A stretch of DNA of 62,417 nt, filler included, from Babesia bigemina (taxonomy: Eukaryota), in the NCBI RefSeq assembly GCF_000981445.1. It is 10 parts of 10 records of this genome, joined end to end, with 100 filler letters (N's around TTAATTAATTAA, not from the genome) between each part and the next. Parts side by side here need not be neighbours in the genome. Positions count along the whole stretch, not along the records: positions 21,511 to 24,508 come from NW_012237093.1; positions 24,609 to 30,944 come from NW_012237095.1; positions 31,045 to 35,153 come from NW_012237096.1; 7 more parts are not named here. One strand, written 5' to 3'. Position 1 is the first letter of the stretch; every line of letters begins with the position of its first letter. Positions 22,237-35,253 of this stretch are shown one piece after another. The translations under genes and the position numbers were made by a program. A model generated the notes under the pieces. The model was not told where the DNA came from. It ran no database searches and was given only the letters and a program-made list of their open reading frames with translations.

Positions 22237-23720
22237 GATGAGTAGCTGAATAAGATAAGATGAGAAGATAGCTGAATAAGATAAGATGAGTAGCTGAATA
22301 AGATAAGATGAGTAGCTGAATAAGATAAGATGAGTAGCTGAATAAGATAAGATGAGTAGCTGAATAAGATAAGATGAGTAGCTGAATAAGATAAGATGAG
22401 TAGCTGAATAAGATAAGATGAGTAGCTGAATAAGATAAGATGAGTAGCTGAATAAGATAAGATGAGTAGCTGAATAAGATGAGTAGCAATAACAAGGCAA
22501 ATTAGAATCAAGGCTTATCTAAGGCCAGAAACAGGAAGATGAGTAGCTGAATAAGATAAGATGAGTAGCTGAATAAGATGAGTAGCAATAACAAGGCAAA
22601 TTAGAATCAAGGCTTATCTAAGGCCAGAAACAGGAAGATGAGTAGCTGAATAAGATAAGATGAGTAGCTGAATAAGATAAGATGAGTAGCTGAATAAGAT
22701 AAGATGAGTAGCTGAATAAGATAAGATGAGTAGCTGAATAAGATAAGATGAGTAGCTGAATAAGATGAGTAGCAATAACAAGGCAAATTAGAATCAAGGC
22801 TTATCTAAGGCCAGAAACAGGAAGATGAGTAGCTGAATAAGATAAGATGAGTAGCTGAATAAGATAAGATGAGTAGCTGAATAAGATGAGTAGCAATAAC
22901 AAGGCAAATTAGAATCAAGGCTTATCTAAGGCCAGAAACAGGAAGATGAGTAGCTGAATAAGATAAGATGAGTAGCTGAATAAGATAAGATGAGTAGCTG
23001 AATAAGATAAGATGAGTAGCTGAATAAGATAAGATGAGTAGCTGAATAAGATAAGATGAGTAGCTGAATAAGATAAGATGAGTAGCTGAATAAGATGAGT
23101 AGCAATAACAAGGCAAATTAGAATCAAGGCTTATCTAAGGCCAGAAACAGGAAGATGAGTAGCTGAATAAGATAAGATGAGTAGCTGAATAAGATAAGAT
23201 GAGTAGCTGAATAAGATAAGATGAGTAGCTGAATAAGATAAGATGAGTAGCTGAATAAGATAAGATGAGTAGCTGAATAAGATAAGATGAGTAGCTGAAT
23301 AAGATAAGATGAGTAGCTGAATAAGATAAGATGAGTAGCTGAATAAGATAAGATGAGTAGCTGAATAAGATAAGATGAGTAGCTGAATAAGATAAGATGA
23401 GTAGCTGAATAAGATAAGATGAGTAGCTGAATAAGATAAGATGAGTAGCTGAATAAGATAAGATGAGTAGCTGAATAAGATAAGATGAGTAGCTGAATAA
23501 GATAAGATGAGTAGCTGAATAAGATAAGATGAGTAGCAATAACAAGGCAAATTAGAATCAAGGCTTATCTAAGGCCAGAAACAGGAAGATGAGTAGCTGA
23601 ATAAGATAAGATGAGTAGCTGAATAAGATAAGATGAGTTGCCATTAACAATCCAAATTAGAATCAAGGCTTATCTAAGGCCGAGCGAAGTGAGCCCAGAA
23701 AAAGGAAGATGAGTAGATGA
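22237..23720 (+). repeat. Subtelomeric 22-bp satellite (GATGAGTAGCTGAATAAGATAA) interrupted by a ~50-bp constant block
   Basis: Block CAATAACAAGGCAAATTAGAATCAAGGCTTATCTAAGGCCAGAAACAGGAA at 22487, 22586, 22773, 22894, 23103 and 23537, with a diverged copy at 23641. Confidence 0.95.
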
Positions 23721-23734
23721 GCTCCTAGAATCCT

Positions 23735-24508
23735 AGGGTTAGGAGGCCAGGTCACTGGGCTTAGGTTTTTAGGGTTTTTAGGTTCCTAGGTTCTTAGGTT
23801 TTTAGGGTTTTAGGGTTTAGGGTTTAGGGCTTAGGCTTTAGGGTTTTAGGGCTTAGGGTTTTAGGGTTTTAGGGTTTCTAGGGTTTTAGGGTTTTAGGGT
23901 TTAGGGTTTTAGGGTTTTAGGGTCTTCGGGTCCTAGGGTTTAGGGTTTTTAGGGTTTTAGGGTTTTAGGGTTTTAGGGTTTTCGGCTTTTAGGGTTTTTA
24001 GGGTTTTAGGGCTTTAGGGTTTTTTAGGGTTCTTAGGGTCTTACGTTTAGGGTTTTTAGCGTTTTTTAGGGTTTTTAGGCGTTTTAGGGTTTAGGCTTTT
24101 AGGGTTTTTAGGCTTTTAGGGTTTTGGGTCTTAGCGTTTTAGGGTTTTAGGGTCTTTAGGGTTTAGGGTTTAGGGTTTTTTAGGGTTTTTAGGGTTTTAG
24201 GGTTTCTAGGGTTCTTAGGGTCTTTAGGGTTTTTAGGCTTCTACGGTTTAGGGTTTTTAGGGTTTAGGGTTTAGGGTTTTTTTAGGCTCTAGGGTTTAGG
24301 GTTTTAGGGTTTTAGGGTTTCAGGGTTTTAGGGTTCAGGGTTTAGGGTTCTAGGGTTTTTAGGGTTCCGGGTTTCAGGGTTTTAGGGTTTTTGGGTTTTT
24401 TAGGGTTTGGGTTTAGGGTTTTAGGGTTCTAGGGTTCTAGGGTTTAGGGTTTTTAGGGTTTTAGGGTTTAGGGTTTAGGGTTTAGGCTTATAGGGTTTAG
24501 GGTTTAGG
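23735..24508 (+). repeat. Telomeric repeat tract GGGTTT(T)A; chromosome end lies to the right
   Basis: Variable TTTAGGG/TTTTAGGG units with the G-rich strand running to the contig end, typical of piroplasm telomeres. Confidence 0.95.
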
Positions 24509-24608
24509 NNNNNNNNNNNNNNNNNNNNNNNNNNNNNNNNNNNNNNNNNNNNTTAATTAATTAANNNNNNNNNNNNNNNNNNNNNNNNNNNNNNNNNNNN
24601 NNNNNNNN

Positions 24609-27600
24609 CAACCAGCTAAACCACAAGAACAACCAGCTAAACCACAAGAACAACCAGCTAAACCACAAGAACAACCAGCTAAACCACAAGAACAACCAGC
24701 ACTATCTCAACCAGCTAAACCACAAGAACAACCAGCACTATCTCAACCAGCTAAACCACAAGAACAACCAGCTAAACCACAAGAACAACCAGCTAAACCA
24801 CAAGAACAACCAGCACTATCTCAACCAGCTAAACCACAAGAACAACCAGCTAAACCACAAGAACAACCAGCACTATCTCAACCACGAAAATCACAAGAAC
24901 AAACAGCACTATCTCAACCAGCTAAACCACAAGAACAACCAGCTAAACCACAAGAACAACCAGCTAAACCACAAGAACAACCAGCACTATCTCAACCAGC
25001 TAAACCACAAGAACAACCAGCTAAACCACAAGAACAACCAGCACTATCTCAACCAGCTAAACCACAAGAACAACCAGCACTATCTCAACCAGCTAAACCA
25101 CAAGAACAACCAGCTAAACCACAAGAACAACCAGCACTATCTCAACCACGAAAATCACAAGAACAAACAGCACTATCTCAACCACGAAAATCACAAGAAC
25201 AACCAGCTAAACCACAAGAACAAACAGCTAAACCACAAGAACAACCAGCTAAACCACAAGAACAACCAGCACTATCTCAACCAGCTAAACCACAAGAACA
25301 ACCAGCACTATCTCAACCAGCTAAACCACAAGAACAACCAGCACTATCTCAACCAGCTAAACCACAAGAACAACCAGCTAAACCACAAGAACAACCAGCA
25401 CTATCTCAACCACGAAAATCACAAGAACAACCAGCACTATCTCAACCAGCTAAACCACAAGAACAACCAGCACTATCTCAACCAGCTAAACCACAAGAAC
25501 AACCAGCACTATCTCAACCAGCTAAACCACAAGAACAACCAGCTAAACCACAAGAACAACCAGCACTATCTCAACCACGAAAATCACAAGAACAACCAGC
25601 ACTATCTCAACCAGCTAAACCACAAGAACAACCAGCACTATCTCAACCAGCTAAACCACAAGAACAACCAGCACTATCTCAACCAGCTAAACCACAAGAA
25701 CAACCAGCACTATCTCAACCAGCTAAACCACAAGAACAAACAGCTAAACCACAAGAACAACCAGCTAAACCACAAGAACAACCAGCACTATCTCAACCAG
25801 CTAAACCACAAGAACAACCAGCACTATCTCAACCAGCTAAATCACAAGAACAACCAGCTAAACCACAAGAACAACCAGCACTATCTCAACCACGAAAATC
25901 ACAAGAACAACCAGCACTATCTCAACCAGCTAAACCACAAGAACAACCAGCACTATCTCAACCACGAAAACCACAAGAACAACCAGCACTATCTCAACCA
26001 GCTAAACCACAAGAACAACCAGCACTATCTCAACCAGCTAAACCACAAGAACAACCAGCTAAACCACAAGAACAACCAGCACTATCTCAACCAGCTAAAC
26101 CACAAGAACAACCAGCTAAACCACAAGAACAACCAGCACTATCTCAACCAGCTAAACCACAAGAACAACCAGCGCTATCTCAACCAGCTAAATCACAAGA
26201 ACAAACAGCTAAACCACAAGAACAACCAGCTAAACCACAAGAACAACCAGCACTATCTCAACCACGAAAACCACAAGAACAACCAGCACTATCTCAACCA
26301 GCTAAACCACAAGAACAACCAGCACTATCTCAACCAGCTAAACCACAAGAACAACCAGCTAAACCACAAGAACAACCAGCTAAACCACAAGAACAACCAG
26401 CACTATCTCAACCAGCTAAACCACAAGAACAACCAGCTAAACCACAAGAACAACCAGCACTATCTCAACCACGAAAATCACAAGAACAAACAGCACTATC
26501 TCAACCAGCTAAACCACAAGAACAACCAGCACTATCTCAACCACGAAAACCACAAGAACAACCAGCACTATCTCAACCACGAAAACCACAAGAACAACCA
26601 GCACTATCTCAACCAGCTAAACCACAAGAACAACCAGCACTATCTCAACCAGCTAAACCACAAGAACAACCAGCTAAACCACAAGAACAACCAGCACTAT
26701 CTCAACCACGAAAATCACAAGAACAAACAGCACTATCTCAACCACGAAAATCACAAGAACAACCAGCTAAACCACAAGAACAAACAGCTAAACCACAAGA
26801 ACAACCAGCTAAACCACAAGAACAACCAGCACTATCTCAACCAGCTAAACCACAAGAACAAACAGCTAAACCACAAGAACAACCAGCTAAACCACAAGAA
26901 CAACCAGCACTATCTCAACCAGCTAAATCACAAGAACAACCAGCTAAACCACAAGAACAACCAGCACTATCTCAACCACGAAAATCACAAGAACAACCAG
27001 CACTATCTCAACCAGCTAAACCACAAGAACAACCAGCTAAACCACAAGAACAACCAGCACTATCTCAACCAGCTAAACCACAAGAACAACCAGCACTATC
27101 TCAACCAGCTAAACCACAAGAACAACCAGCACTATCTCAACCACGAAAACCACAAGAACAACCAGCACTATCTCAACCACGAAAACCACAAGAACAACCA
27201 GCACTATCTCAACCAGCTAAACCACAAGAACAACCAGCACTATCTCAACCAGCTAAACCACAAGAACAACCAGCACTATCTCAACCAGCTAAACCACAAG
27301 AACAACCAGCACTATCTCAACCAGCTAAACCACAAGAACAACCAGCTAAACCACAAGAACAACCAGCACTATCTCAACCAGCTAAACCACAAGAACAACC
27401 AGCACTATCTCAACCAGCTAAACCACAAGAACAACCAGCACTATCTCAACCACGAAAACCACAAGAACAACCAGCACTATCTCAACCAGCTAAACCACAA
27501 GAACAAACAGCTAAACCACAAGAACAACCAGCACTATCTCAACCAGCTAAACCACAAGAACAACCAGCACTATCTCAACCAGCTAAACCACAAGAACAAA

Positions 27601-30377
27601 CAGCACTATCTCAACCACGAAAATCACAAGAACAAACAGCACTATCTCAACCACGAAAACCACAAGAACAACCAGCACTATCTCAACCAGCTAAACCACA
27701 AGAACAACCAGCTAAACCACAAGAACAACCAGCTAAACCACAAGAACAACCAGCACTATCTCAACCAGCTAAACCACAAGAACAAACAGCTAAACCACAA
27801 GAACAACCAGCACTATCTCAACCAGCTAAACCACAAGAACAAACAGCTAAACCACAAGAACAACCAGCTAAACCACAAGAACAACCAGCACTATCTCAAC
27901 CAGCTAAACCACAAGAACAACCAGCACTATCTCAACCACGAAAACCACAAGAACAACCAGCACTATCTCAACCACGAAAACCACAAGAACAACCAGCTAA
28001 ACCACAAGAACAACCAGCTAAACCACAAGAACAACCAGCTAAACCACAAGAACAACCAGCTCAACCACAAGAACAACCAGCACTATCTCAACCACCAAAA
28101 CCACAAGAACAACCAGCACTATCTCAACCACCAAAACCACAAGAACAACCAGCACTATCTCAACCAGCTAAACCACAAGAACAACCAGCACTATCTCAAC
28201 CACCAAAACCACAAGAACAACCAGCACTATCTCAACCAGCTAAACCACAAGAACAACCAGCACTATCTCAACCAGCTAAATCACAAGAACAACCAGCTAA
28301 ACCACAAGAACAACCAGCACTATCTCAACCAGTTAAACCACAAGAACAACCAGCTCAACCACAAGAACAACCAGCACTATCACAACCAGCTAAACCACAA
28401 GAACAACCAGCACTATCTCAACCAGCTAAATCACAAGAACAACCAGCTAAACCACAAGAACAACCAGCTCAACCACAAGAACAACCAGCACTATCTCAAC
28501 CACGACAACCACAAGAACAACCAGCACTATCTCAACCACGAAAACCACAAGAACAACCAGCACTATCTCAACCACGAAAACCACAAGAACAACCAGCACT
28601 ATCTCAACCACGAAAACCACAAGAACAACCAGCACTATCTCAACCAGCTAAACCACAAGAACAACCAGCACTATCTCAACCAGCTAAACCACAAGAACAA
28701 ACAGCTAAACCACAAGAACAACCAGCTAAACCACAAGAACAACCAGCACTATCTCAACCAGCTAAACCACAAGAACAACCAGCACTATCTCAACCACGAA
28801 AACCACAAGAACAACCAGCACTATCTCAACCACGAAAACCACAAGAACAACCAGCTAAACCACAAGAACAACCAGCACTATCTCAACCAGCTAAATCACA
28901 AGAACAACCAGCACTATCTCAACCAGCTAAACCACAAGAACAACCAGCACTATCTCAACCACGAAAACCACAAGAACAACCAGCACTATCTCAACCAGCT
29001 AAACCACAAGAACAACCAGCACTATCTCAACCACGAAAACCACAAGAACAACCAGCACTATCTCAACCAGCTAAACCACAAGAACAACCAGCACTATCTC
29101 AACCAGCTAAACCACAAGAACAACCAGCACTATCTCAACCAGCTAAACCACAAGAACAAACAGCTAAACCACAAGAACAACCAGCTAAACCACAAGAACA
29201 ACCAGCACTATCTCAACCAGCTAAATCACAAGAACAACCAGCACTATCTCAACCAGCTAAACCACAAGAACAACCAGCACTATCTCAACCAGCTAAACCA
29301 CAAGAACAACCAGCACTATCTCAACCAGCTAAACCACAAGAACAAACAGCTAAACCACAAGAACAACCAGCTAAACCACAAGAACAACCAGCACTATCTC
29401 AACCAGCTAAACCACAAGAACAACCAGCTAAACCACAAGAACAACCAGCTAAACCACAAGAACAACCAGCTAAACCACAAGAACAACCAGCACTATCTCA
29501 ACCACGAAAACCACAAGAACAACCAGCACTATCTCAACCACGAAAACCACAAGAACAACCAGCACTATCTCAACCACGAAAACCACAAGAACAACCAGCT
29601 AAACCACAAGAACAACCAGCACTATCTCAACCAGCTAAACCACAAGAACAACCAGCTAAACCACAAGAACAACCAGCTAAACCACAAGAACAACCAGCAC
29701 TATCTCAACCAGCTAAACCACAAGAACAACCAGCACTATCTCAACCAGCTAAACCACAAGAACAACCAGCACTATCTCAACCAGCTAAACCACAAGAACA
29801 AACAGCTAAACCACAAGAACAACCAGCTAAACCACAAGAACAACCAGCACTATCTCAACCAGCTAAACCACAAGAACAACCAGCACTATCTCAACCACGA
29901 CAACCACAAGAACAACCAGCACTATCTCAACCAGCTAAACCACAAGAACAACCAGCACTATCTCAACCAGCTAAACCACAAGAACAACCAGCACTATCTC
30001 AACCACGAAAACCACAAGAACAACCAGCTAAACCACAAGAACAACCAGCACTATCTCAACCAGCTAAACCACAAGAACAACCAGCTAAACCACAAGAACA
30101 ACCAGCACTATCTCAACCACGAAAACCACAAGAACAACCAGCTAAACCACAAGAACAACCAGCACTATCTCAACCACGAAAACCACAAGAACAACCAGCT
30201 CAACCACAAGAACAACCAGCACTATCTCAACCAGCTAAACCACAAGAACAACCAGCTCAACCACAAGAACAACCAGCTCAACCACAAGAACCACCAGCTC
30301 AACCACAAGAAGCACCAGCTCAACCACCAGAACCACCAGCACTATCACCACCAGCTCAACCACAAGAACAACCAGCG
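24609..30377 (+). CDS. Probable internal fragment of a giant Pro/Gln-rich repeat protein (QPAKPQE / QPALS / QPRKSQE)
   Basis: Both units are multiples of 3. The frame is the same at 24609, 26043, 27009, 28503 and 30369. First stop seen is at 30378 in the degraded end. There is no start codon, so the ORF track omits it. Confidence 0.55.
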
Positions 30378-30943
30378 TAAACCACAACAACCACCAGCAC
30401 TAGCACCACCACCACAACCACAAGAACCACCAGCACTATCTCAACCAGCTCAACCACAAGAACAACCAGCACTATCACAACCAGCTAAATCACAAGAACA
30501 ACCAGCACAATCTCAACCACGACAAGCACAAGAACAAACAGCACTATCTCAACCACGACCACCACAAGCACAACCAGCTCAAGCACAAGAACAACAAGCA
30601 CAACCACAAGAACAACCAGCACAAGCACAACAAGCACAACCACAAGCACAACCAGCACTAGCACAACCAGCACAAGCACAAGAACAACCAGCACAGCACA
30701 AGAACAACCAGCACTAGCTCAAGCAGCTCAAGCACAAGCACAACCAGCACAACCACAAGCACCACAAGCACAGTCACAACAGCACAATCACAACCACAAC
30801 CAGCACAAGCACCACCACCACAAGCACAAGAACAACCAGCACAAGCACAAGCACAACCAGCACAAGCACAACCAGCTCAACCACAAGAACACCAGCACAA
30901 GCACAAGCAGCACCAGCACAGCACCACCAGCTCAAGCACAAGC
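24609..30943 (+). repeat. 21-bp plus 15-bp modular tandem repeat (CAACCAGCTAAACCACAAGAA / CAACCAGCACTATCT)
   Basis: Fills the whole contig and degenerates after about 30300. Confidence 0.95.
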
Positions 30944-31067
30944 ANNNNNNNNNNNNNNNNNNNNNNNNNNNNNNNNNNNNNNNNNNNNTTAATTAATTAA
31001 NNNNNNNNNNNNNNNNNNNNNNNNNNNNNNNNNNNNNNNNNNNNAACACGATGAGAGATTCGTCTCT

Positions 31068-32702
31068 AATCGCCCCTTTATCCACTCTACATCGCCCCTT
31101 TATCCAATCTTCATCGCTCCCTTATCCACTCCACATCGCTCCCTAACCCGCTCCACATCGCCCCTTTGACCACTCTACATGGCCCCTTAACCCACCCTAC
31201 ATCGCTCCTTAACCCACTCTACATCGCTCCTTAACCCACTCTACATCGCCCCTTTATCCACTCTACATCGTTCCTTAACCCACTCTACATCGCCCCTTAA
31301 CCTACTCTACATCGCTCCCTAACCCACTCTACATCGCTCCCTAACCCACTCCACATCGCCCCTTTATCCACTCTACATCGCTCCCTAATCCACTCTACAT
31401 CGCTCCCTAACCCACTCCACATCGCCCCTTTACCCACTCTACATCGCTCCTTTATCCACTCCACATCGCTCCTTAACCCACTCTACATCGCTCCCTAACC
31501 CACTCTACATCGCCCCTTAACCCACTCCACATCGCTCCTTTATCCACTCTACATCGCCCCTTAACCCACTCTACACCGCCCCTTAACCCACTCTACATCG
31601 CTCCCTTATCCACTTCACACCGCCCCTTTATCCACTCTACATCGCTCCTTTACCCACTCCACATCGCCCCTTTATCCACTCTACATCGCTCCCTTAACCC
31701 ACTCTACATCGCTCCTTTATCAACTCTACATCGCCCCTTAATCCACTCTACATCGCCCCTTTATTCACTCTACATCGCCCCTTTATTCACTCTACATCGC
31801 TCCTTAACCCACTCTACATCGCTCCTTAACCCACTCTACATCGCTCCTTTATCCACTCTACATCGCTCCCTAACCCACTCTACATCGCTCCCTAACCCAC
31901 TCTACATCGCCCCTTTATCCACTCTACATCGCCCCTTTACCCACTCTACATCGCTCCCTAACCCACTCCACATCGCTCCCTAACCCACTCTACATCGCTC
32001 CTAACCCACTCTACATCGCCCCTTAACCCACTCTAGACCGCCCCTTTATCCACTCTACATCGCTCCTTAACCCACCCTTGATCGCCCCTTTATCCACTCT
32101 ACATCGCTCCCTAACCCACTCCACATCGCTCCTCTACCCACTCTACATCGCTCCTTTATCCACTCTACATCGCCCCTTAACCCACTCCACATCGCCCCTT
32201 AACCCACTCTACATCGCCCCTTCACCTCCTCTAATCGCTCCCTTACCCACTCTACATCGCCCCTTTACCCACTCCACATCGCCCCTTAACCCACTCTACA
32301 TCGCCCCTTTATCCACTCTACATCGCCCCTTAACCCACTCTACATCGCCCCTTAACCCACTCCACATCGCCCCTTTATCCACTCTACATCGCCCCTTAAC
32401 CCACTCTCCATCGCTCCCTTATCCACCTTACATCGCTCCTTAACCCACTCTACATCGCTCCCTAACCCACACTACATCGCTCCCTAGTCCACTCTACATC
32501 GCCCCTCTATTCACTCTACATCGCTCCCTAACCTACTCCACATCGCCCCTTAATCCACTCTACATCGCTCCTTAACCCACTCCACATCGCTACCTAACCC
32601 ACTCTACATCGCCCCTTTAACCACTCTACATCGCCCCTTAACCCACTCTACATCGCCCCTTAACCCACTCCACATCGCCCCTTAACCCACTCTACATCGC
32701 TC
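31068..32702 (+). repeat. 22-bp ves-upstream satellite
   Basis: Tandem CCACTCTACATCGC units. Confidence 0.95.
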
Positions 32703-32726
32703 GATTTACCTCGCCATATTAACGCT

Positions 32727-35153
32727 ATGACCTCCTTAAACCATAATAATGACTTGTGCCTTGTCACCCTTCACTTCCCCTCTTCCACCTCTTGCCACTG
32801 CCCTGACCATGTGCCGCCTAGGGAGCTTGGCAAGAAATTTGACAAAATTTAAAACGCTAAAAACACCTCAAATAATAAGCCTACTATCATCCTTAATAAC
32901 CTCTGCACTGGTCTCGAGACTTTCCTAGGCTTCAACTCTGAGTCCAAAGGCTACGACGGCAGTGGGATTGTGTACTCTGACCTTGACAGGCTGTGTGACG
33001 GGGTGATGGGATTTTTGCTTAAATGTCTACAGGGCAGTGAAACGTTGTTAACGCATTACAATCCACAAATAACACAGATAATTCAAGCTTTAAAATCTTC
33101 CATTGGCAAGGGACTTGGCGTTTCGGGATTTGCCTCTGCCATTGAGCAGGTTAAGAGCGGGCTGCAGGGGTATGAGGGGGGGATGGAGGAGAGGATTGCG
33201 GAGGTAAGAAAGCCTCTGCAAACGATGAAAGAGAGCTTCCAAAATTTAGAAATGTATTTAAGTAACGCCAGTAATAAAAATCTTAAGACGCAATTGGACC
33301 ATGTGCGTGGACAGGCTAGGTTATACTGGACTGCGGCCGGCACAGCGTCCGTGAATGCCAGGGAGCTTGATGAAAATCTCAAAGATAAGATAACAATAGC
33401 TATTAATTTAATATATCAAGTTACAGAGACGTTCAAGGAGGTGACAGAAAATGGTGAAGTTAATAGCCAGGCAACTGCGGTTGACACTGCGTTAAAAGGT
33501 CAGCATGAGTATTTGAAAAGTCAAATTACTGTTGGTACAGATGAGGTTCATAAGAAGATAAATGTTGAATTAGACGAAATTTGCGAAAGGTTGAGGATTA
33601 TGAAAGACAATAATTTGAGCAGTCAGATGGATAAGTTGAGAATTGCAGTCAGGGCTGTAAAGCAAGAGACTCAAGCGTTGTTAAAAAAATATGACACAAC
33701 GTATACAGATAACATCAAAAAACAGATTTTACAGTTAAAAAGTGGGATGAATGAAATTACTACAAATGGAGCGGGACAGTGTAACCTGGAGAAGAAAATC
33801 AGCGGACTCATTGGCGATATAAAAGAAATGGATCGAGAAATACAAGGGGGCGCAAAACGAATTGGCAGCTCAATTCAATCTGCTGTTCAGGAAGTCATCG
33901 ATGCGCTTGCTAAATTGGATGAAAAAGTAAAAATGGATCTAGGGAAATTGGAGAAGGCGATTACACAAAGTCTGGAAACGTATTTCAAAACGCAGATCAC
34001 AGCGGTGGTGGAGGCCGCGAAAGTTGCTGAGAGTACGATGAGCAATAACGGTGGTCCTGGTGTCGACGCATTAAAGGCTGCAAGTTTGGCCGAAGGTGCC
34101 TTGAAACTGTTGATTGATGGTCTGCCTACGAAGACTAAAAGTACCGGTATGCATGGTGTAATCGCCAGGGGCATAGAAGGTTTTTTACACGCACTGCAAG
34201 TGTATGGGCAAGTCAAGTCAGGCATTGTCGATCTCGAAAAAAATCAACTTTTTAATGCTTTCAAAGATGACATAGAAAAACAAGTCAACGACATTATCAA
34301 AGAGATAGAGCCGGACAGCAAGAAATTCAAGGATATATTCGAGAATCTCAATACTGAGATTGAAGGCTCTATTGGTAACGACGACACGATCAATGCGAAG
34401 ACAAATAGAATAAAACTTAAGTTGGCCACTTTTTTCAAAAGTCAAATAAATGGTGTAACGGACGAGTTCCACCTGACTTCGCAAGATGCTTTCGGCTCTT
34501 ATTATGGAGCCCACACCAGTGCATTGGCTGCCATAGAAGATGCTGTTATGAAGATCAACGATTTGGAGTCGCTTCCCGGAGCGGTAAATGCTGCCCAGAG
34601 AGAAACGAGCCTGCATATGAAAGCTTTAAAAAACGAGATTAAGAGCCTTATGGACTCTATAAATGATGTTGAAGGAAGTGTTGATATTGCCGACAAAGAA
34701 TTGCAGATAGCAATTGAGACCATCAGCGACTCATTGCTGCATGCCAGGAGCGTAGCTCACGAGAGAATTAAATTTTTAAAAAACCACTGTATTGCTAAAG
34801 TCTCCTCCGCCTTCACCGCCCTCACCCACCAAGTCCAATCCCTCTTCGCGAAGCAGAAGCAGGCCGAGCTCGCCGCGCTGGAGAGCGTTGTCACGCAGCA
34901 GTTGAAGGAGATTGATAAAATAATTAAAGATGATTCTATTAATGGATTGAAAGGATTTTTAAGTGATTTGCAATACAGCATTACGCAACAATTTCCGAAT
35001 GGCTCCCTTAATGATTCCACAAAATTACCAGTAGTAGCAATAAAGCTTGTGCAATTCTTTGATCCACTGTTTGAGTACGTAATTAGGCAACTAACTCCCA
35101 AGACACAGATGCTACCATCTACATCCGACGCGCAGTCTACTGACCCTAAGGTC
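32727..35153 (+). CDS. ves1: ves-like gene 5' part, cut by contig end; in-frame TAA at 32850-32852, next in-frame ATG at 33006
   Basis: Conserved leader plus YSDLDRLCDGVMGFL and a long helical ORF. Confidence 0.75.
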
Positions 35154-35253
35154 NNNNNNNNNNNNNNNNNNNNNNNNNNNNNNNNNNNNNNNNNNNNTTA
35201 ATTAATTAANNNNNNNNNNNNNNNNNNNNNNNNNNNNNNNNNNNNNNNNNNNN

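Noticed and set aside
21584..23561. ORFs such as QIRSDQIR and ILFSYSSYLIQLL
   Set aside because: Translations of 5- and 22-bp satellites. The same peptide appears in all three frames.
22487..23690. CRISPR-like alternation of a constant block and spacers
   Set aside because: The 'spacers' are copies of one 22-mer, there are no cas genes, and the context is a eukaryotic subtelomere.
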